From: Trypanosoma brucei
Lineage: Eukaryota
Length of the DNA stretch: 64,000 bases
Assembly: GCA_000002445.1 (NCBI GenBank)
Contig: CP000070.1
Location: forward strand, 1,056,001-1,120,000
Direction of reading: 5' to 3'
Each line of letters begins with the position of its first letter. Position 1 is the stretch's first letter. Below, in pieces: positions 21,369 to 32,477 of this stretch. A program made the position numbers and the translations under genes. Under the pieces are notes generated by a model, which ran no database searches, was not told the origin of the DNA, and saw nothing but the letters and a program-made list of their open reading frames with translations.

Positions 21369-24300
21369 ATGGCAGATGAACTCTCCCAGTTGGGTGTGAA
21401 TTGGGTAGAGGAATCTTTGCTCCGTCAAGATGTAGAGGCGAATGTGGAGGCACGAGCTGATGCCGCCGCAGCTGCGGATGAGGCTGAGCTGCAAAGGCGA
21501 TGGGCAGCACTGGAGGAGGTGGAGCGCACAGTGGCTAATATTCAAGAGCAACTTTCCAAAGTCGTTGCTCCTGTGGGCACGGCAGCTCACAAAATAGTCG
21601 AGGAGAAGGAAAGCGCTTCCGTGCTACAGTTCTCCCTGCTGAAGGCACAAAGAGAGTTGGAAAGTCGTGCGAAAGCGCTCCGCAGTTGGCAGATCGAATG
21701 CGAGGCACGCCAACGGCGGCGTGTGGAAGAGGCGAAACAGCGTAAGCAAGTGACTGAGCAGGAGGCAGTTATGGCCAGAATGCGGAATCGTTTGAGTCGT
21801 ACCCTCCAGCCGGTAGCGGACGTTCAAGGACTACAAGAGGGCGTAGGGAGTGCGGAGAGGGTTCCCGCGTCGACTAACCATCACGATTACCACGATCGCC
21901 TCACCACGGGCATGGGCTCGACACCTCAGGTGTGGTGGAATGGGAGAATAGGCACACCTAATGGAGCTGCAAGTGTGACTCACTCGAACATTTCAACGCC
22001 TTCGCGACGTCAACGCCTGTCATCGTCAACTTCTGCCGATGTGCCATTAACTCCTGCACAGTATTCCTGCGGCCCCGTTCTTCCATCAGCTTATCGAGTG
22101 ACGCTGACGCCAAGCGATGTCCGCTCCAAGTTGCAGAAATACGCAGATGACAGCGACTTAAGCATTTACAGCGCGCGGTGCCGCAAGCGGAAGCGGCTAG
22201 AAGGAGCTTTAGCGGGTCTAGCAGCGTTAGAAGCTGGAGTGGCCACTGCCAACGGCGAGATCAAGGAGGAGGATACCGATGAAGACTCGGGGGTTGTGGT
22301 GAAGTGTGAGGGTATTGGCATGAGTAGTTTCCCCAAAGTGAAGACAGAGGGTAGCGCACATGAGAAAAGTGGAACCTCATTGCTGGATGCCATAGATGTC
22401 GATGCGCTCATGGAGGAGTCTGATGATGTGGCTGTTGAAGTGCTCCAAAAAGTTAAGAAGGAAAAAAGGGCATCAGCAGGCGGTAGAAAGCACCGGGAGA
22501 GGGAAAATACCACGCAAAACTTTACGGACAGGCATGATTCCATTGAAGTCTTGCGTGGTATTTCTTTGGCATCATCCATTTATCAAAAATTGTTCGACCA
22601 CCAACGGGACGGATTGAGGTGGCTGCTGAATCTTCACCGACAGCGTGTCGGTGGGATTCTGGGAGATGACATGGGACTCGGGAAAACTATTCAAATAGCA
22701 GCCATGTTAAATGCCCTAAATCATTCCAACCAACTTCGTGGACCCTCTCTAATTGTTACACCGGTCACAGTGCTCCGTCAGTGGGTGGCAGAGATGCACC
22801 GATGGGCTCCATACGTGCGTACCTGTGTTATGCATGCCAGTAGTGCTTCCACTATTTCTCGCGAAAAGCTCATTGATTCGGTTCGAGGCACTCCAGCAGT
22901 GCTCTTAACAACCTATGCGGCCGTTCGTGAGCACTGCCGGTTGCTTCACAACGCATGTTTTCAGTATGTTATTCTTGACGAGGGGCACAAGATTAGCAAC
23001 CCGGAGGCTACTGTCACAATTGCTGCCAAGTCGTTTCCCACACCCCACCGGCTCATCCTCTCTGGAACCCCTGTGCAAAATACACTCAAGGAACTGTGGT
23101 GCCTGTTTGACTTCGTTAAACCAGGCCTACTGGGTACGTTGCGGAGGTTCGAGGAAGAGTTTGAGGTGCCAATCAACGCCAGTAAGAATATTCGGGCGTC
23201 ACCTCTCGCTTTGGCCACAGCCGCCGAGACTGCGCGGGTGCTGCACGAGAGCATCTCCCCGTTTTTACTACGTCGACTGAAGAAGCAAGTGATGAGCGAT
23301 TCTTTACCGGAGAAATACGAACGTGTTATTCGGTGCCCACTCAGTGATTCCCAATTAGAGGCGTATGTTGACCTCTTAAGTTCATCACGCGTGCAGAGGT
23401 TGATGAGTAACACCCTGTCATACACCCAGTTAATGGGTGGGTTGGACCGTGACGGGCGGGATGCAAGTGGTTGTCTGCACATCGCTGGCAAGCGGTTCCA
23501 GTTGATGCGTGATAAAGAAAACAAAGGCGTTGTTCGGCATGAGCTGTTTTGCGTGATGCACGAGTTGCGACAAATATGCAATCACGTGGATATCTTTCAC
23601 ATGCGACAAGCAAAGGACTTCAACTACACCGACGATATGGAAAACAACTTCTTTCTCGATGTTGTGAATGCCCCTACCGCCACTGCAAGGAAAGCGGGTG
23701 GAAAAGGCACGACACATTTTTCGATGCGCAGTAACAGGCCGGTAAATTATGAAGGTAGCAGTAAACTTCAAACTCTTAGACAGCTGCTGAAGTTGTGGCA
23801 ACGGGGTGGACAGCGTGCGCTGGTCTTCTCCCAGACGCGTGCCATGCTAGATATTATTGAAAATATGTGTGAACAAGAGAGCCTTACATATATCCGCATG
23901 GATGGTACCACCAATAGCTTACGACGGCAGGAACTCATGGATCGTTTCAACGAGGATGACAGAATCGTGGTGGCGCTGCTTACCACACGTGTGGGTGGCG
24001 TTGGGGTGAACTTAATTGGTGCTGACCGAGTTGTGATATTTGACCCTGACTGGAATCCGGTGACGGATGAGCAGGCGCGTGAGCGGGCGTGGCGAATTGG
24101 GCAAACACGCGATGTGGGTGTTTATCGTCTCATTTCTAGCGGAACAGTGGAGGAGGCGGTGTTGCGACGGCAACTTGCCAAGACGTATGTGACCGAGAAA
24201 GTTCTGCACGATCCAAAACTTCAACGTTTCTTCTACGAGCAAGGTAGTCTATCAGAGTCGTTCTACCTTGGCGTCGAGTATGACAGCCGGGTGCCACTAG

Positions 24301-24749
24301 GGAAGAAGCACATCGTCGCTGCACAAGAACTGTTTCCACTTTTAAAGGAAGAACACAATAATGAGGAGGTATTTGCGCTAACAGCGGTTGGGCATGAGCG
24401 GAGAATCCGAGGGACTGAGGAAGAATCAGGTGGGGCTTCTGTGAGGGCGAAGTCAGAAACAGAAAAAACTGCTGCTGCTTCCGTGTATCGGGTATGTGCT
24501 CCACGGGAGCTTTTTCCTTCTGCCACCACAACGTCACGAACATCTTCTTCCAACATATCTGAGACGTCATTGCTTCAGGATCTCGTTGACGGCAATCATG
24601 TGCGGATCTCTGGTGTTGACAGCACAGCACAGCGACTCGCGTGTACGTCAGCGTCCCATGCAATGTTGCGTGTGTCGAATGTCATCCGCACGTTCGAACA
24701 TCAGACACAAGAGGCATTTGCGAGGCTTCCCAGGGTGGAGGGATCGTAA
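21369..24749 (+). CDS. SNF2-family DNA-dependent ATPase, ERCC6/CSB (Rad26)-like, about 1126 aa
   Basis: The track start at 21339 is TTG; the first ATG is at 21369 (MADELSQ…). SNF2 motifs: GGILGDDMGLGKT (Walker A, motif I), VILDEGHKISN (DEGH, motif II), LSGTPVQN (III), and a helicase-C region LVFSQTRAMLDII / RVGGVGVNLIGADRVVIFDPDWNP / ARERAWRIGQTRDVGVYRL (V-VI). An N-terminal coiled-coil/acidic region and the overall length fit CSB/Rad26 better than Rad54. Confidence 0.85.
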   Translation: MADELSQLGVNWVEESLLRQDVEANVEARADAAAAADEAELQRRWAALEEVERTVANIQEQLSKVVAPVGTAAHKIVEEKESASVLQFSLLKAQRELESRAKALRSWQIECEARQRRRVEEAKQRKQVTEQEAVMARMRNRLSRTLQPVADVQGLQEGVGSAERVPASTNHHDYHDRLTTGMGSTPQVWWNGRIGTPNGAASVTHSNISTPSRRQRLSSSTSADVPLTPAQYSCGPVLPSAYRVTLTPSDVRSKLQKYADDSDLSIYSARCRKRKRLEGALAGLAALEAGVATANGEIKEEDTDEDSGVVVKCEGIGMSSFPKVKTEGSAHEKSGTSLLDAIDVDALMEESDDVAVEVLQKVKKEKRASAGGRKHRERENTTQNFTDRHDSIEVLRGISLASSIYQKLFDHQRDGLRWLLNLHRQRVGGILGDDMGLGKTIQIAAMLNALNHSNQLRGPSLIVTPVTVLRQWVAEMHRWAPYVRTCVMHASSASTISREKLIDSVRGTPAVLLTTYAAVREHCRLLHNACFQYVILDEGHKISNPEATVTIAAKSFPTPHRLILSGTPVQNTLKELWCLFDFVKPGLLGTLRRFEEEFEVPINASKNIRASPLALATAAETARVLHESISPFLLRRLKKQVMSDSLPEKYERVIRCPLSDSQLEAYVDLLSSSRVQRLMSNTLSYTQLMGGLDRDGRDASGCLHIAGKRFQLMRDKENKGVVRHELFCVMHELRQICNHVDIFHMRQAKDFNYTDDMENNFFLDVVNAPTATARKAGGKGTTHFSMRSNRPVNYEGSSKLQTLRQLLKLWQRGGQRALVFSQTRAMLDIIENMCEQESLTYIRMDGTTNSLRRQELMDRFNEDDRIVVALLTTRVGGVGVNLIGADRVVIFDPDWNPVTDEQARERAWRIGQTRDVGVYRLISSGTVEEAVLRRQLAKTYVTEKVLHDPKLQRFFYEQGSLSESFYLGVEYDSRVPLGKKHIVAAQELFPLLKEEHNNEEVFALTAVGHERRIRGTEEESGGASVRAKSETEKTAAASVYRVCAPRELFPSATTTSRTSSSNISETSLLQDLVDGNHVRISGVDSTAQRLACTSASHAMLRVSNVIRTFEHQTQEAFARLPRVEGS

Positions 24750-25317
24750 AGTGACCTTTTCCCCTTTTTTTAAAGAGGAAGTTTGCCCTGCTCGCATCCG
24801 TGCGTGCGTTTCGAAGCTTCATTGCACGGTGCTGTGGCGGATGACCATTGTTGACGGCCGCGTGGCGGTTGATTGTTTGAGAGAGGTGGCTTCCGCTATG
24901 ATCGGGGACGGGGAAAAAGTTGAGTGATGAACATATATATATATATATATGAAGTTATACCCGACCCCTTACAAGCTGAAGTGTGTACCGACGAGCGTCA
25001 GGACGTTTCCTTTGTAAACAGTTTTGTTTTCCCTTTCTTACTTCCAGTTTTTGTTACTATCATAACATTTCGTTGGAGCACTTACTCACAAACGCTTGCG
25101 AGCGGTAGATGCCCATGACCTTCATAAAGCGCATATGCTTACTTCTGTATGTACGTTTGGAGGTAACTTGTAGTAACTGTTTTGCTGTATTGTCATTGTG
25201 TGGTGTGTAGCGCAACGGATACTTTTGCTTTGCTTCCTTCTTTTTCTTTCTTTACTGCTGTTAGCTATAGAATTGCAACCCCCCCTTTCTCTTATTGGTT
25301 GCCTGTTTGGGGCGTCG

Positions 25318-25350
<33 letters not shown>

Positions 25351-26556
25351 TGACCACTTCTGACAGGGGTGGTCGTCCGCACGTGAAAGGGGAGGGGCGG
25401 AACGCCTGCGTTACAACGGGTGTGAGATAGAAGAAAAGGCGAATAGGAGAAAAAAGGGCCGGGCGCCTCTTATGTATTGCCCACACAGGAACATTTAGAT
25501 CTGCCCGTTGTTTCACTAAGGAGAGAAAGCGTGGGGAGCCAAAAAGAAAAAAAATATTAAGAGAAGAGCCGCGCACCGAAATCAGCAGTACTAGAAGCGA
25601 AGAAGAAGGAGGTATCAAAAAAAAAAAACAAGAAATAAGAGAAAGGTAAATAAGGATAAAGGTGACGGAATACATAGAGGAGAGCGACGAGCAGTGTGAG
25701 GGACACACACGCGGTTGAACAGGAGAAGGAACGCAACGGATATCCGACGGGCCTCCACAAAAGAAATAATAAAAGAGGGGCTGAAGGGACCCACCGGTTC
25801 TCACAGCTTTCAATAGTTGTTTTTCTTCATTCTGGTTTGGAAGTGTCCGGTGGTTCACTGCTGTGTTTTGTCGAGTGTTGTTGTTATTTATATTCCCACT
25901 GTTACCGTCTATATATATATTCGCTTACTGTCTTTGTGCGGTGACTTAGTGGTGAGAAGATTGCATCATCATTATTATCACCATTATTGAGACTATTACG
26001 AGTATTGCGAATATTTATATTTTGGCACATCCCTTTTGAGTCCAAGAAAGGAGGAGGAAAAAAATAGAAAAAAACAGAAAAAATCGCATCAACTGATTTC
26101 TTCCATTGCTGCGATAGTAATAACCATATTTGGTGGCACCGTTGACGTGTTCTTTTCAGTTTTTTCATTCACCCTTTTGGGCTTCTGGGTGGCGTCTATC
26201 CAAGGTATTTAAATATTTTTTTCCCTCTTTGTTTCTTGTTTCTTTCCACCTTTTTTTGGTTTTTTTTGCGCGGGGTCTCTGTCCCACACCGACGCATACA
26301 CGCACTAAAAAAAACAAAAAGATCCCCATTTCACCGTTGAAGGAGGTGAAGGCACACAAAAAATAAAAATAAAAGGGAGAGAGAAGGGTTATTGCTTCAA
26401 TAATCGGAAGGGTTGATTGCACTCCGCCCACCAACCAATCTCATTTTTTTTTATTTGTGTTTTGTACTTGACTACTATTTTTTTTTGTGTGTGTGTGCGT
26501 GTATTTGTGAGGAACTGTGTGCCACTTAACTTGGAACGGAGGTGAGCGGGAGAGCG

Positions 26557-26574
26557 AGAGAGAGAGAGAGAGAG
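26557..26574. repeat. (AG)9 microsatellite
   Basis: gagagagagagagagag, directly followed by the inverted tctctc, in the intergenic region upstream of the kinase gene. Confidence 0.9.
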
Positions 26575-26654
26575 TCTCTCTGTGACTGTCTGTGTGTCTG
26601 AAAGAGGAATTTGCTTTAGTGGGTTTGAGCGCTGAGGAATCCATTTCCCCCAAA

Positions 26655-28727
26655 ATGCAACAACAACAGCAGCAGCCATCACAAACCGCAGAGGCCAGTC
26701 GTAGCCGCCAGTGTAGCAGTTCGTTTGGGAGGCCATGTGTTGCTCTTTCATGGAATATCATGCAATTATACAAACGCATCAATAGCAAACTTTGTGAGGA
26801 GATGCGACGGCGCCCCACACGGTCCAGATGTAACGATGGCTACGATGACAAACATGGTCACTATTTTATGTACACAGGTGAGGAAATATGGGGACGGTAC
26901 ACCGTATTAGGTGCATTGGGACGTGGCAGCTTTGGAACTGTGCTGAGATGCTTTGACGAGAAGCATCAGGAACAGGTGGCGGTGAAGGTGGTTCGGAATG
27001 GGGATTACTTTCGTGCGCAAGGTCTGATAGAGGTGGACATCGTTTCGCGGTTAAATAACATTCCTGCATTAGACAATTTGGTTGTGCGGTTGAGAAAGGT
27101 GTTCATGTGGAAGAATCATTTGGTACTGGTGTTTGAGATGTTAAGCATGAATCTCTTCCAGTTAATCCAACGAACGAACTATAATGGTGTCAGTCTTGAC
27201 CTAACCAGAAAGTTTGCCTACCAGCTGGTGCTTGTGCTGAAGCAGTTAGAGGAGCATGATCCACCGATAATTCACAGTGACGTAAAGCCTGAGAATGTCG
27301 TTCTTCGGGACGCAAGTCGCAGTAGCATTCGCCTTATTGATTTTGGAAGCGCCTGCTTCATGAGGCAAGGAGCAACACTATACAAGTACGTGCAGTCTCG
27401 TTTCTACCGTAGTGTTGAAGTTATATTAGAACTTAACTACGACACAGCCATCGATAGATGGTCCCTTGGTTGCATGCTCGTTGAGCTTCACACCGGTGTG
27501 CCACTGTTTCCGGGCAAAACAGAAGTTGATCAAATTGCACGCTTTACCGGCGTCCTCGGGCCGATACCCGACGATATGATCGAGCGCAGTGGGAAGAAGG
27601 ATATATTTTTTCACGACAGTAGACAATCGCAACAACAACATCCACTGGGAACGGGTTGCCCTCCAGAAGATACCCCTGAGGAAGAGACATTACCCGCGGT
27701 TGGGCAGCGTCAGGAGGTTGTAGCATCACCATCACCAGTTATAGCTGCCGATGTGCTTCACAGTCTCTCAGCCGCATCGTCCGTATCTGCTGTGACAGCG
27801 ACGTCGGGTCCGCAAGGGGCTTGCAGTAGTGGTGTTCCTGCAACTTCCGGGCCTTCCCCCACATGCACGACGGCTGCTTCTTTGAGTGGTCGAATTGTTA
27901 CAAGAAACGCTACATGTGTGCCATGCAGTAGCACCTTAGGGATGTCTTGCCAAGGTGGTAGTGGCGCTAGCAATAACAACATTGCGAGTACCAAGGGGAC
28001 CTCAGCATCGGCCACTTCTGCAGCGCGTCGCCCAATGACTGCTGTTAACATGACTTCCTCGGGTAAGAAAGGTGGTGCCGCACCGTCAACTGCAATGACG
28101 GGTGCAAGTCGGGGTTTGTCATCGACCCCTTCAGCGTATAAGATGCGTTTCCCCTCCTCGAATAGTTTAAAACCTCAGTCGAAGTCCCCATCTACCAGCA
28201 ACGTAGGCGTCGCAAATGCCAACACAGCTGTGGACAGTGGTGGAGGAAACAGCAATGCAACTGAAAATGCAGGCCATTCCACAGCTGTGGTTTCTTCCCG
28301 TGCCCCCGCGTGGTCCCGCCCATCCAATTCAACTCCAAAGCTACGGCCGGCAGCGGGCGTGCCGGGAAGTGGAACGGGACCTCTTTTTGGTACTTCCACT
28401 TTGCCACAGGGTCGAGTTACCGCTCCGCAGCAGATGGAGGCAACAACGGCGAAGAGCCCGTTTACACTTCGGGTTCCTCCGACTCCCGAACAATGTCAGA
28501 GTCTCGCTGATATTATTGGTGTTTACACGGGAGGGCCACGAGGTTGTCGTCGTGGTCAAGCAGGACATGATGTTAGTGACTACCTGGTGTTTTTAGACTT
28601 TATCCAGCGGCTACTCTGCTATGACCCAAAGGAGCGTTTGAGCTGCGCTGATGCATTAAGACATCCTTTCTTATCAGCTTTAGAGGTGCAAAGGCAGTGG
28701 AAGTATTTGGGCGTTGGTTCCTCTTAG
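26655..28727 (+). CDS. CMGC protein kinase, DYRK-like, with about 300-aa low-complexity insert in the C-lobe
   Basis: First ATG at 26655 (the track start 26592 is GTG). Kinase motifs: GRGSFGTV (glycine loop), VAVKVV (β3 lysine), HSDVKPENVVL (catalytic loop), DFGSAC, and activation segment TLYKYVQSRFYRSVEVIL (DYRK-type YxY/SRFYRSPE). DRWSLGCMLVELHTG is followed by a long S/T/A-rich insertion (roughly nt 27600..28480) before the final subdomain (YDPKERLSCADALRHPFL). Confidence 0.85.
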   Translation: MQQQQQQPSQTAEASRSRQCSSSFGRPCVALSWNIMQLYKRINSKLCEEMRRRPTRSRCNDGYDDKHGHYFMYTGEEIWGRYTVLGALGRGSFGTVLRCFDEKHQEQVAVKVVRNGDYFRAQGLIEVDIVSRLNNIPALDNLVVRLRKVFMWKNHLVLVFEMLSMNLFQLIQRTNYNGVSLDLTRKFAYQLVLVLKQLEEHDPPIIHSDVKPENVVLRDASRSSIRLIDFGSACFMRQGATLYKYVQSRFYRSVEVILELNYDTAIDRWSLGCMLVELHTGVPLFPGKTEVDQIARFTGVLGPIPDDMIERSGKKDIFFHDSRQSQQQHPLGTGCPPEDTPEEETLPAVGQRQEVVASPSPVIAADVLHSLSAASSVSAVTATSGPQGACSSGVPATSGPSPTCTTAASLSGRIVTRNATCVPCSSTLGMSCQGGSGASNNNIASTKGTSASATSAARRPMTAVNMTSSGKKGGAAPSTAMTGASRGLSSTPSAYKMRFPSSNSLKPQSKSPSTSNVGVANANTAVDSGGGNSNATENAGHSTAVVSSRAPAWSRPSNSTPKLRPAAGVPGSGTGPLFGTSTLPQGRVTAPQQMEATTAKSPFTLRVPPTPEQCQSLADIIGVYTGGPRGCRRGQAGHDVSDYLVFLDFIQRLLCYDPKERLSCADALRHPFLSALEVQRQWKYLGVGSS

Positions 28728-30033
28728 TGGTGGAACACGGTTGTAGGTTCTAATACGCACATATATAGACATATATATATATATATATATATTGTACACA
28801 CCATTTTGTGGTCGGTTTTTTCCATTTTTTTTTTTAAAATGCGTGTGTTACCGGTGTGACTTTGGTGGAAGGAACTCACTAAAGGCAGTATCAGCTGGTA
28901 TATCGATAGATGAACGTGTGTGTGCGTGTGGGAAACAAGCGTTATATCGTCATGAATGAATGCATGTCCGCGGTTGCGCGTGTAATTGTGTCTGTGGGTC
29001 TGTTGGCTCACTTAATGAAGCACGGGGAGAGTCTTAGCGAAGCGGAATGGAGGAGGATGAGGAGGGTAAGGTTGGTAATTCTCATTTCTTTGTTGTTTTT
29101 GCCTTACTTCAAAAAGAAAAAAAAACTCCTTGCCTCTAAATTGGCGTTGGAAATACTGGTACTCGTTATATTGAGGGCGATGGCATGCCGTGGGAATGGT
29201 TTCGACGTGACTTGGTGGTCCAATTGCGGTTTTTGTTATTTATCACGGTGGTGAGGCTTTGTTCCTGCTTTGTCCCTGAAATTTTCCCCAAATTCTTTTT
29301 GTTTGTTTAGTGTTTCTGCGATTATTTGTCCCCGAATGTGCGCGCTTCTTTTGTTCCCCCTTTGTTTTTGAAAATAATTTCCCTCTTTTTTTTGTTTTTA
29401 CCTCGCGTGCGTGACCTCGTTCTTTGTTTGTACCGCTTGAATTATTAGTTACCTTCGTCACGCGATGCTCGCGTATGAGGGAAGGAGGGAAAGGGGAAGC
29501 AGAGGATTTCACTCCTTGTGTTATTGCTGTTATCAAGGAAAGCGCCTTCACCTACGTTTAGGAACGCATATTTTGTGGGGTCAAATAGTCCCTACCGCAA
29601 GGACTTTACAATTCATCCTTTTTGTTTTCTTTCCACTTATTTGCCTTCCATCTCTTTTTTTTTTTTACCTTCTTATTTCCATCTATATTTGTTGAATTGT
29701 GTTAGGTTTTACCTTTCCTCCATATGCCTTCCCGTCTACTTCATGTTCCATTTACGTACCCACTTTCAGTGTGCAACTGAGTTGCGACGTCGTGTAGAGC
29801 TACTTTGTTTGTGGCTTCAATGATTTTGCGCTTTCTTCAAAAAAAATAAATAAATAAAGAACTTGAAAAAAAAGGAAAGAAAAGAGTTGTTTTCATTGGT
29901 ACATTCGTTTCTTCCTTTTTTATCTTTTTCCCTTCTCATCCTTGACTCAAGGTAAACACCGTCCGTTACTGTGCTGAGAAGCGTTTTCTGCTAACTCGTT
30001 GTGTCAACGACACCCTAAACCCGCAGGAATTTC

Positions 30034-31536
30034 ATGGCAACTGAGGTGAAGCCAGCAGGTTCCACCTTGGAGTTCCTCGTTGGAGAAAACAATGAACAAC
30101 AGTTATGGGCGGAAGTGTATACGCGGCAATTTCCCACTGATGATGAGTTTGAGTGCCTCACAGCAGAGGAGCAGGGGGAACTTTTGGCGGAGCTGCGTGA
30201 GGAAGTGGAACTGTTGGATGTAGAGGCGGGTATGATGCAGAGGCATGCGGAGTCATTGCGCCTCACTCGGAGTACTGCGCCCACTACAAACGTGAGCAGC
30301 GCTCGGCGGTCGCTGATGGCATTTGTGTCGGGTGGTACCGGCAACCTCAGCGAAGAAGCGACTCCCGGTGACTCTGCCGCAGTTAACCAGTCAGACGACT
30401 GGTCGGAACAGCAAGTGGCGGCAGCAGCAACGGGCAGTGGTGTACTTAATACAACATCCACAGGTTCAACACGCCGCGGGCAGCCTTACAGCCGTAAGTT
30501 GGCAGATGCAAAGGATGCGTACGTAGTGCTTGAGGATCGAGTTGCCATGCTCACCAAGGAAAGAGAGCGGATGAAGCAACAGAAGGACAAGGAGGAGCGT
30601 GACAATGATCATTTGCGTGACTTGTTCCGTGCCACCGTGGAAGAGGCGGTGAATCGTATGAAGGAGCTACGTTTAGAGGAGCTGCAGTTTAATCGTGAGG
30701 TTATCTGCGAGGCAACTGGTACGGCGTCGGCTGATGACTTGTTGCGGTATATGAACAATCGCCACGGTGCCCAGGGAAAATATTTAGATAAGCTTAATGC
30801 GCAGTGTGCCGCTGCTGAAAGGAGCATCCTACAGCACCAGCGGAATTTGAAGCAGCGGCGTGCTGCCGGTGAGGCGTTTCATGCTATTGACTTTGAGCAG
30901 TTGCGTATTGAAAATCAGAAGTTTGTGGAAAGAATTGAACGGAAAAATTTAGAGTTAGTTGAGCTCAAAGGGACTTCCACCCGGACGGTACAGACCTTGA
31001 ATAACCTTATGGACACTCTTAATGGGCTCACTTCGGAGCAGAGTCGTCTGCGGAAGGATTACAAAAACCGATGTGAATATTTGGCTAGACTGAAAAGAGA
31101 GATGGTGTCTGTTGCCCAAGAAGCAAAAGTGGCTGAGCAGAAGAACACGGCGATTAAACTCCGTCATGAAGCGGTGCGTGTTCCAAAAATTGAAAACTAC
31201 ATGGCTCAAAAGGCAGAAGAGTATGAATTGCGGAAGGCTCAGCGTAACTGGCAGCGAAAGGTGGAGATTGCAGAGGGGCAGTTGGGACTGATGAAGCAGC
31301 AGATACGTGTGCTGGTTAATGCAACGGATGCCCAACGAAGACGTAAGAGACTTTTGGCACATCAACGCTCAACAGCGTCAACCAAGCATTCGGTCCATGG
31401 CAGGAGGACTAGCGTAAGTGGAGAGACGCGGACTGCCAACTTTGCCTGCCCTGACGGCACCATTGACGTTCAAGTGCAACAGGAGCCAGTCGTGGGAGGA
31501 AGCAAAGGTCTTTTGGACATGAAGAGAAGGCAATAG
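30034..31536 (+). CDS. coiled-coil protein, 500 aa; possible flagellar CCDC113/CCDC96-like (DUF4201-type) protein
   Basis: ATG at 30034 directly after the AG at ccgcagGAATTTCATG. The C-terminal half is continuous heptad-like, charged/hydrophobic sequence (IDFEQLRIENQKFVERIERKNLELVELK…). The family suggestion is by pattern only. Confidence 0.6.
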   Translation: MATEVKPAGSTLEFLVGENNEQQLWAEVYTRQFPTDDEFECLTAEEQGELLAELREEVELLDVEAGMMQRHAESLRLTRSTAPTTNVSSARRSLMAFVSGGTGNLSEEATPGDSAAVNQSDDWSEQQVAAAATGSGVLNTTSTGSTRRGQPYSRKLADAKDAYVVLEDRVAMLTKERERMKQQKDKEERDNDHLRDLFRATVEEAVNRMKELRLEELQFNREVICEATGTASADDLLRYMNNRHGAQGKYLDKLNAQCAAAERSILQHQRNLKQRRAAGEAFHAIDFEQLRIENQKFVERIERKNLELVELKGTSTRTVQTLNNLMDTLNGLTSEQSRLRKDYKNRCEYLARLKREMVSVAQEAKVAEQKNTAIKLRHEAVRVPKIENYMAQKAEEYELRKAQRNWQRKVEIAEGQLGLMKQQIRVLVNATDAQRRRKRLLAHQRSTASTKHSVHGRRTSVSGETRTANFACPDGTIDVQVQQEPVVGGSKGLLDMKRRQ

Positions 31537-32477
31537 CTTCCTCTCGTTTTTGTTTTTCCCCCATGGGAAGTTGTGCGTGCTGGGTCATACTTTTGTGTTT
31601 GTATGTTTCTATTTTCTGCGTGTGAGCTGTTTGTCTATGTGGATAGCACTGATCTCGTTTGCACGTGCGGGTTTCAATTCCACTCCCTTCCCCTCCTTTT
31701 TATTTTATTTTCCTTCTTTCATTGACTTGCTCTCCCTTCGTCGCAGCTGAGCATTGCCTGCTTATATGTGCAGAAGGAAGCGGTACGTTCCTCGCTTGTT
31801 TGTTTGTGCCTACGCGTCACGTGACTCAATTTGTTTCTACTCACTCTCTCCCACCTGCGCGTGAACGTGTGAATATGTATATTAATGTGGCTTTATTCTG
31901 CGGTTGCTCCGCAGGCGTCTTACGTTCTGTTGTGTGGGGAAACTCGTGTCATGAACAAAGGGGGATGGGAAGGGGGGGAGGAGGAAAGGAAGTGTCGAAG
32001 GTTGAAGGGAAATCGTGTTTTCCTCCTTTCTTCCTTTTTTTTGTTTTTTAATACTCTCATCCTTGCCCCCGTTTTCTATGTGTCTGTAGAGGTTGGAGAA
32101 GGTGGTTGTGGGGAGAAATGCAACGTTAAGGCGTGAGTATGTGAAGGCTTAGTAGACATCCAATTTCACGTGTTACCTCATGTCTCCGTGCTACCTCAAC
32201 TCAGCTCTAACGGCTTTCTGTCCTTTTCTTGTCGCCGTACTTTAAAATATTAGAAACACTTGTTACCTTTCTGCGTTTCTCCTCTTCGCAGGTGAAAGTA
32301 TTCAAAGGTGTGTGACGCGCTACCAGGGTGTTGCACAATATATATATATAAATATATATTCAGCACAGCAGCAAGGCGGCTGCGACGCCTGTAAAGCATT
32401 CTATAACAGTTTTTTTTTGTTTATAGTTTGCTGAAGGCAGTGATTCTTTGCACAACCGTGATCACATTCATTTTTGT

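Noticed and set aside
22961-23581. 206-aa minus-strand ORF (and other minus-strand ORFs such as 50933..51430, 41705..42052, 34034..34414)
   Set aside because: They are fully embedded antisense to long, motif-bearing + strand genes. They have no domain signatures. Open antisense frames are expected by chance in GC-balanced coding DNA.
25292-25858. 188-aa minus-strand ORF in the spacer after the SNF2 gene
   Set aside because: It spans a (TA)n microsatellite and poly-A/T tracts. It is low complexity and on the opposite strand to the transcription unit, with no supporting signals.
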